Source of the DNA: Neovahlkampfia damariscottae
Taxonomy: Eukaryota
NCBI GenBank assembly: GCA_016618085.1
Contig: JABLTG010000187.1
Span: 1-35,490 of the forward strand
DNA length: 35,490 nucleotides
Reading direction: 5' to 3'
In this document: positions 35,213 through 35,490 of the stretch, piece by piece
How the letters are laid out: the number at the start of each line of letters is the position of its first letter
Numbering within the stretch: the stretch's first letter is position 1
Notes under the pieces: model-generated
What the model saw: only the letters and a program-made list of their open reading frames with translations
What the model was told of the DNA's origin: nothing
Databases searched by the model: none
Made by a program: the position numbers and the translations under genes

Positions 35213-35490
35213 TTTTGCCAGTTATTTTTAGAATTTTTACTTGAAGTTGTTCAAGTTGAACAAAAAAGACCTTTTGTTCAACTAGAAAATACTGAAAAAG
35301 ATGCAAAAATTAAGAAAAAAGATGAAAAAGAGAAAAAAATTATTGCACTTGATCCTGGAGTGAGAACATTTCAAACAGGATTTGATAACTTTGGAAAATT
35401 TACGGAATATGGAAAAGGTGATGTTTCAAAATTATTTAAAAATGCGTTGAAATGTGATAAAATTCAATCTGAGATTGATAAAAATAAGTC
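35213..35490 (+). mobile_element. Second Fanzor2 copy: RuvC-I region, N-terminally deleted, 3'-partial at window edge
   Basis: Open frame without Met, missed by the ORF track: ..KEKKIIALDPGVRTFQTGFDNFGKFTEYGKGDVSKLFKNALKCDKIQSEIDKNK. DPG Asp at 35351-35353; in-frame TAA at 35210-35212. Confidence 0.88.
35254..35283. repeat. Perfect 12-bp inverted repeat, candidate Fanzor element left-end structure
   Basis: AGTTGAACAAAA-aagacc-TTTTGTTCAACT, preceded by further TTGAA/TTCAA half-sites (35241-35254). Confidence 0.7.

Noticed and set aside
35102..35221. HK3 frame extending upstream and being interrupted by the Fanzor
   Set aside because: The frame is open to 35221 but has no Met; ATG 35101 aligns with the paralog starts and has the CCAATCA motif, so the element lies upstream of the gene.
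1..35490. Window is a circle joining the two Fanzor halves into one gene
   Set aside because: There is no terminal overlap, and the bridge-helix segment expected between ..IDKNK and NDEILI.. is missing; two copies or an assembly break fits better.
1..35490. CRISPR array, rRNA or serine-recombinase TnpA
   Set aside because: No regularly spaced repeats, rRNA motifs or YARVS-type recombinase motif were seen.

Overview
Very AT-rich, gene-dense eukaryotic (protist) nuclear DNA with tiny (~28-36 nt) GT-AG introns and a CCAAT(CA) motif just upstream of most start codons. The gene content (DUF4116, RWP-RK, hybrid histidine kinases, Fanzor2) suggests a heterolobosean/Naegleria-like or other amoeboid protist; this is inference only. 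Both window ends run into same-orientation copies of a Fanzor2 (IS607 TnpB-derived, RNA-guided nuclease) element. The left copy has the RuvC-II/zinc-finger/RuvC-III half plus a structured putative omegaRNA/right end inserted into the receiver domain of a histidine kinase pseudogene. The right copy has a hairpin and the RuvC-I motif but lacks the N-terminal half, and sits beside a second dead kinase paralog. Between them lie host genes: P4-ATPase, ML/NPC2 protein, an intact hybrid kinase, two RWP-RK factors, DNAJC21, cytochrome b5 reductase, DEP-DEP-RhoGAP, Nup107, F-box, APEH and FAM91A1. There are also several pseudogenes, a decayed RNase H-bearing retroelement fragment with a 15-bp target-site duplication, and an atypical tRNA-like Pol III gene. 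All family calls are from motif recognition by eye; no searches were run.
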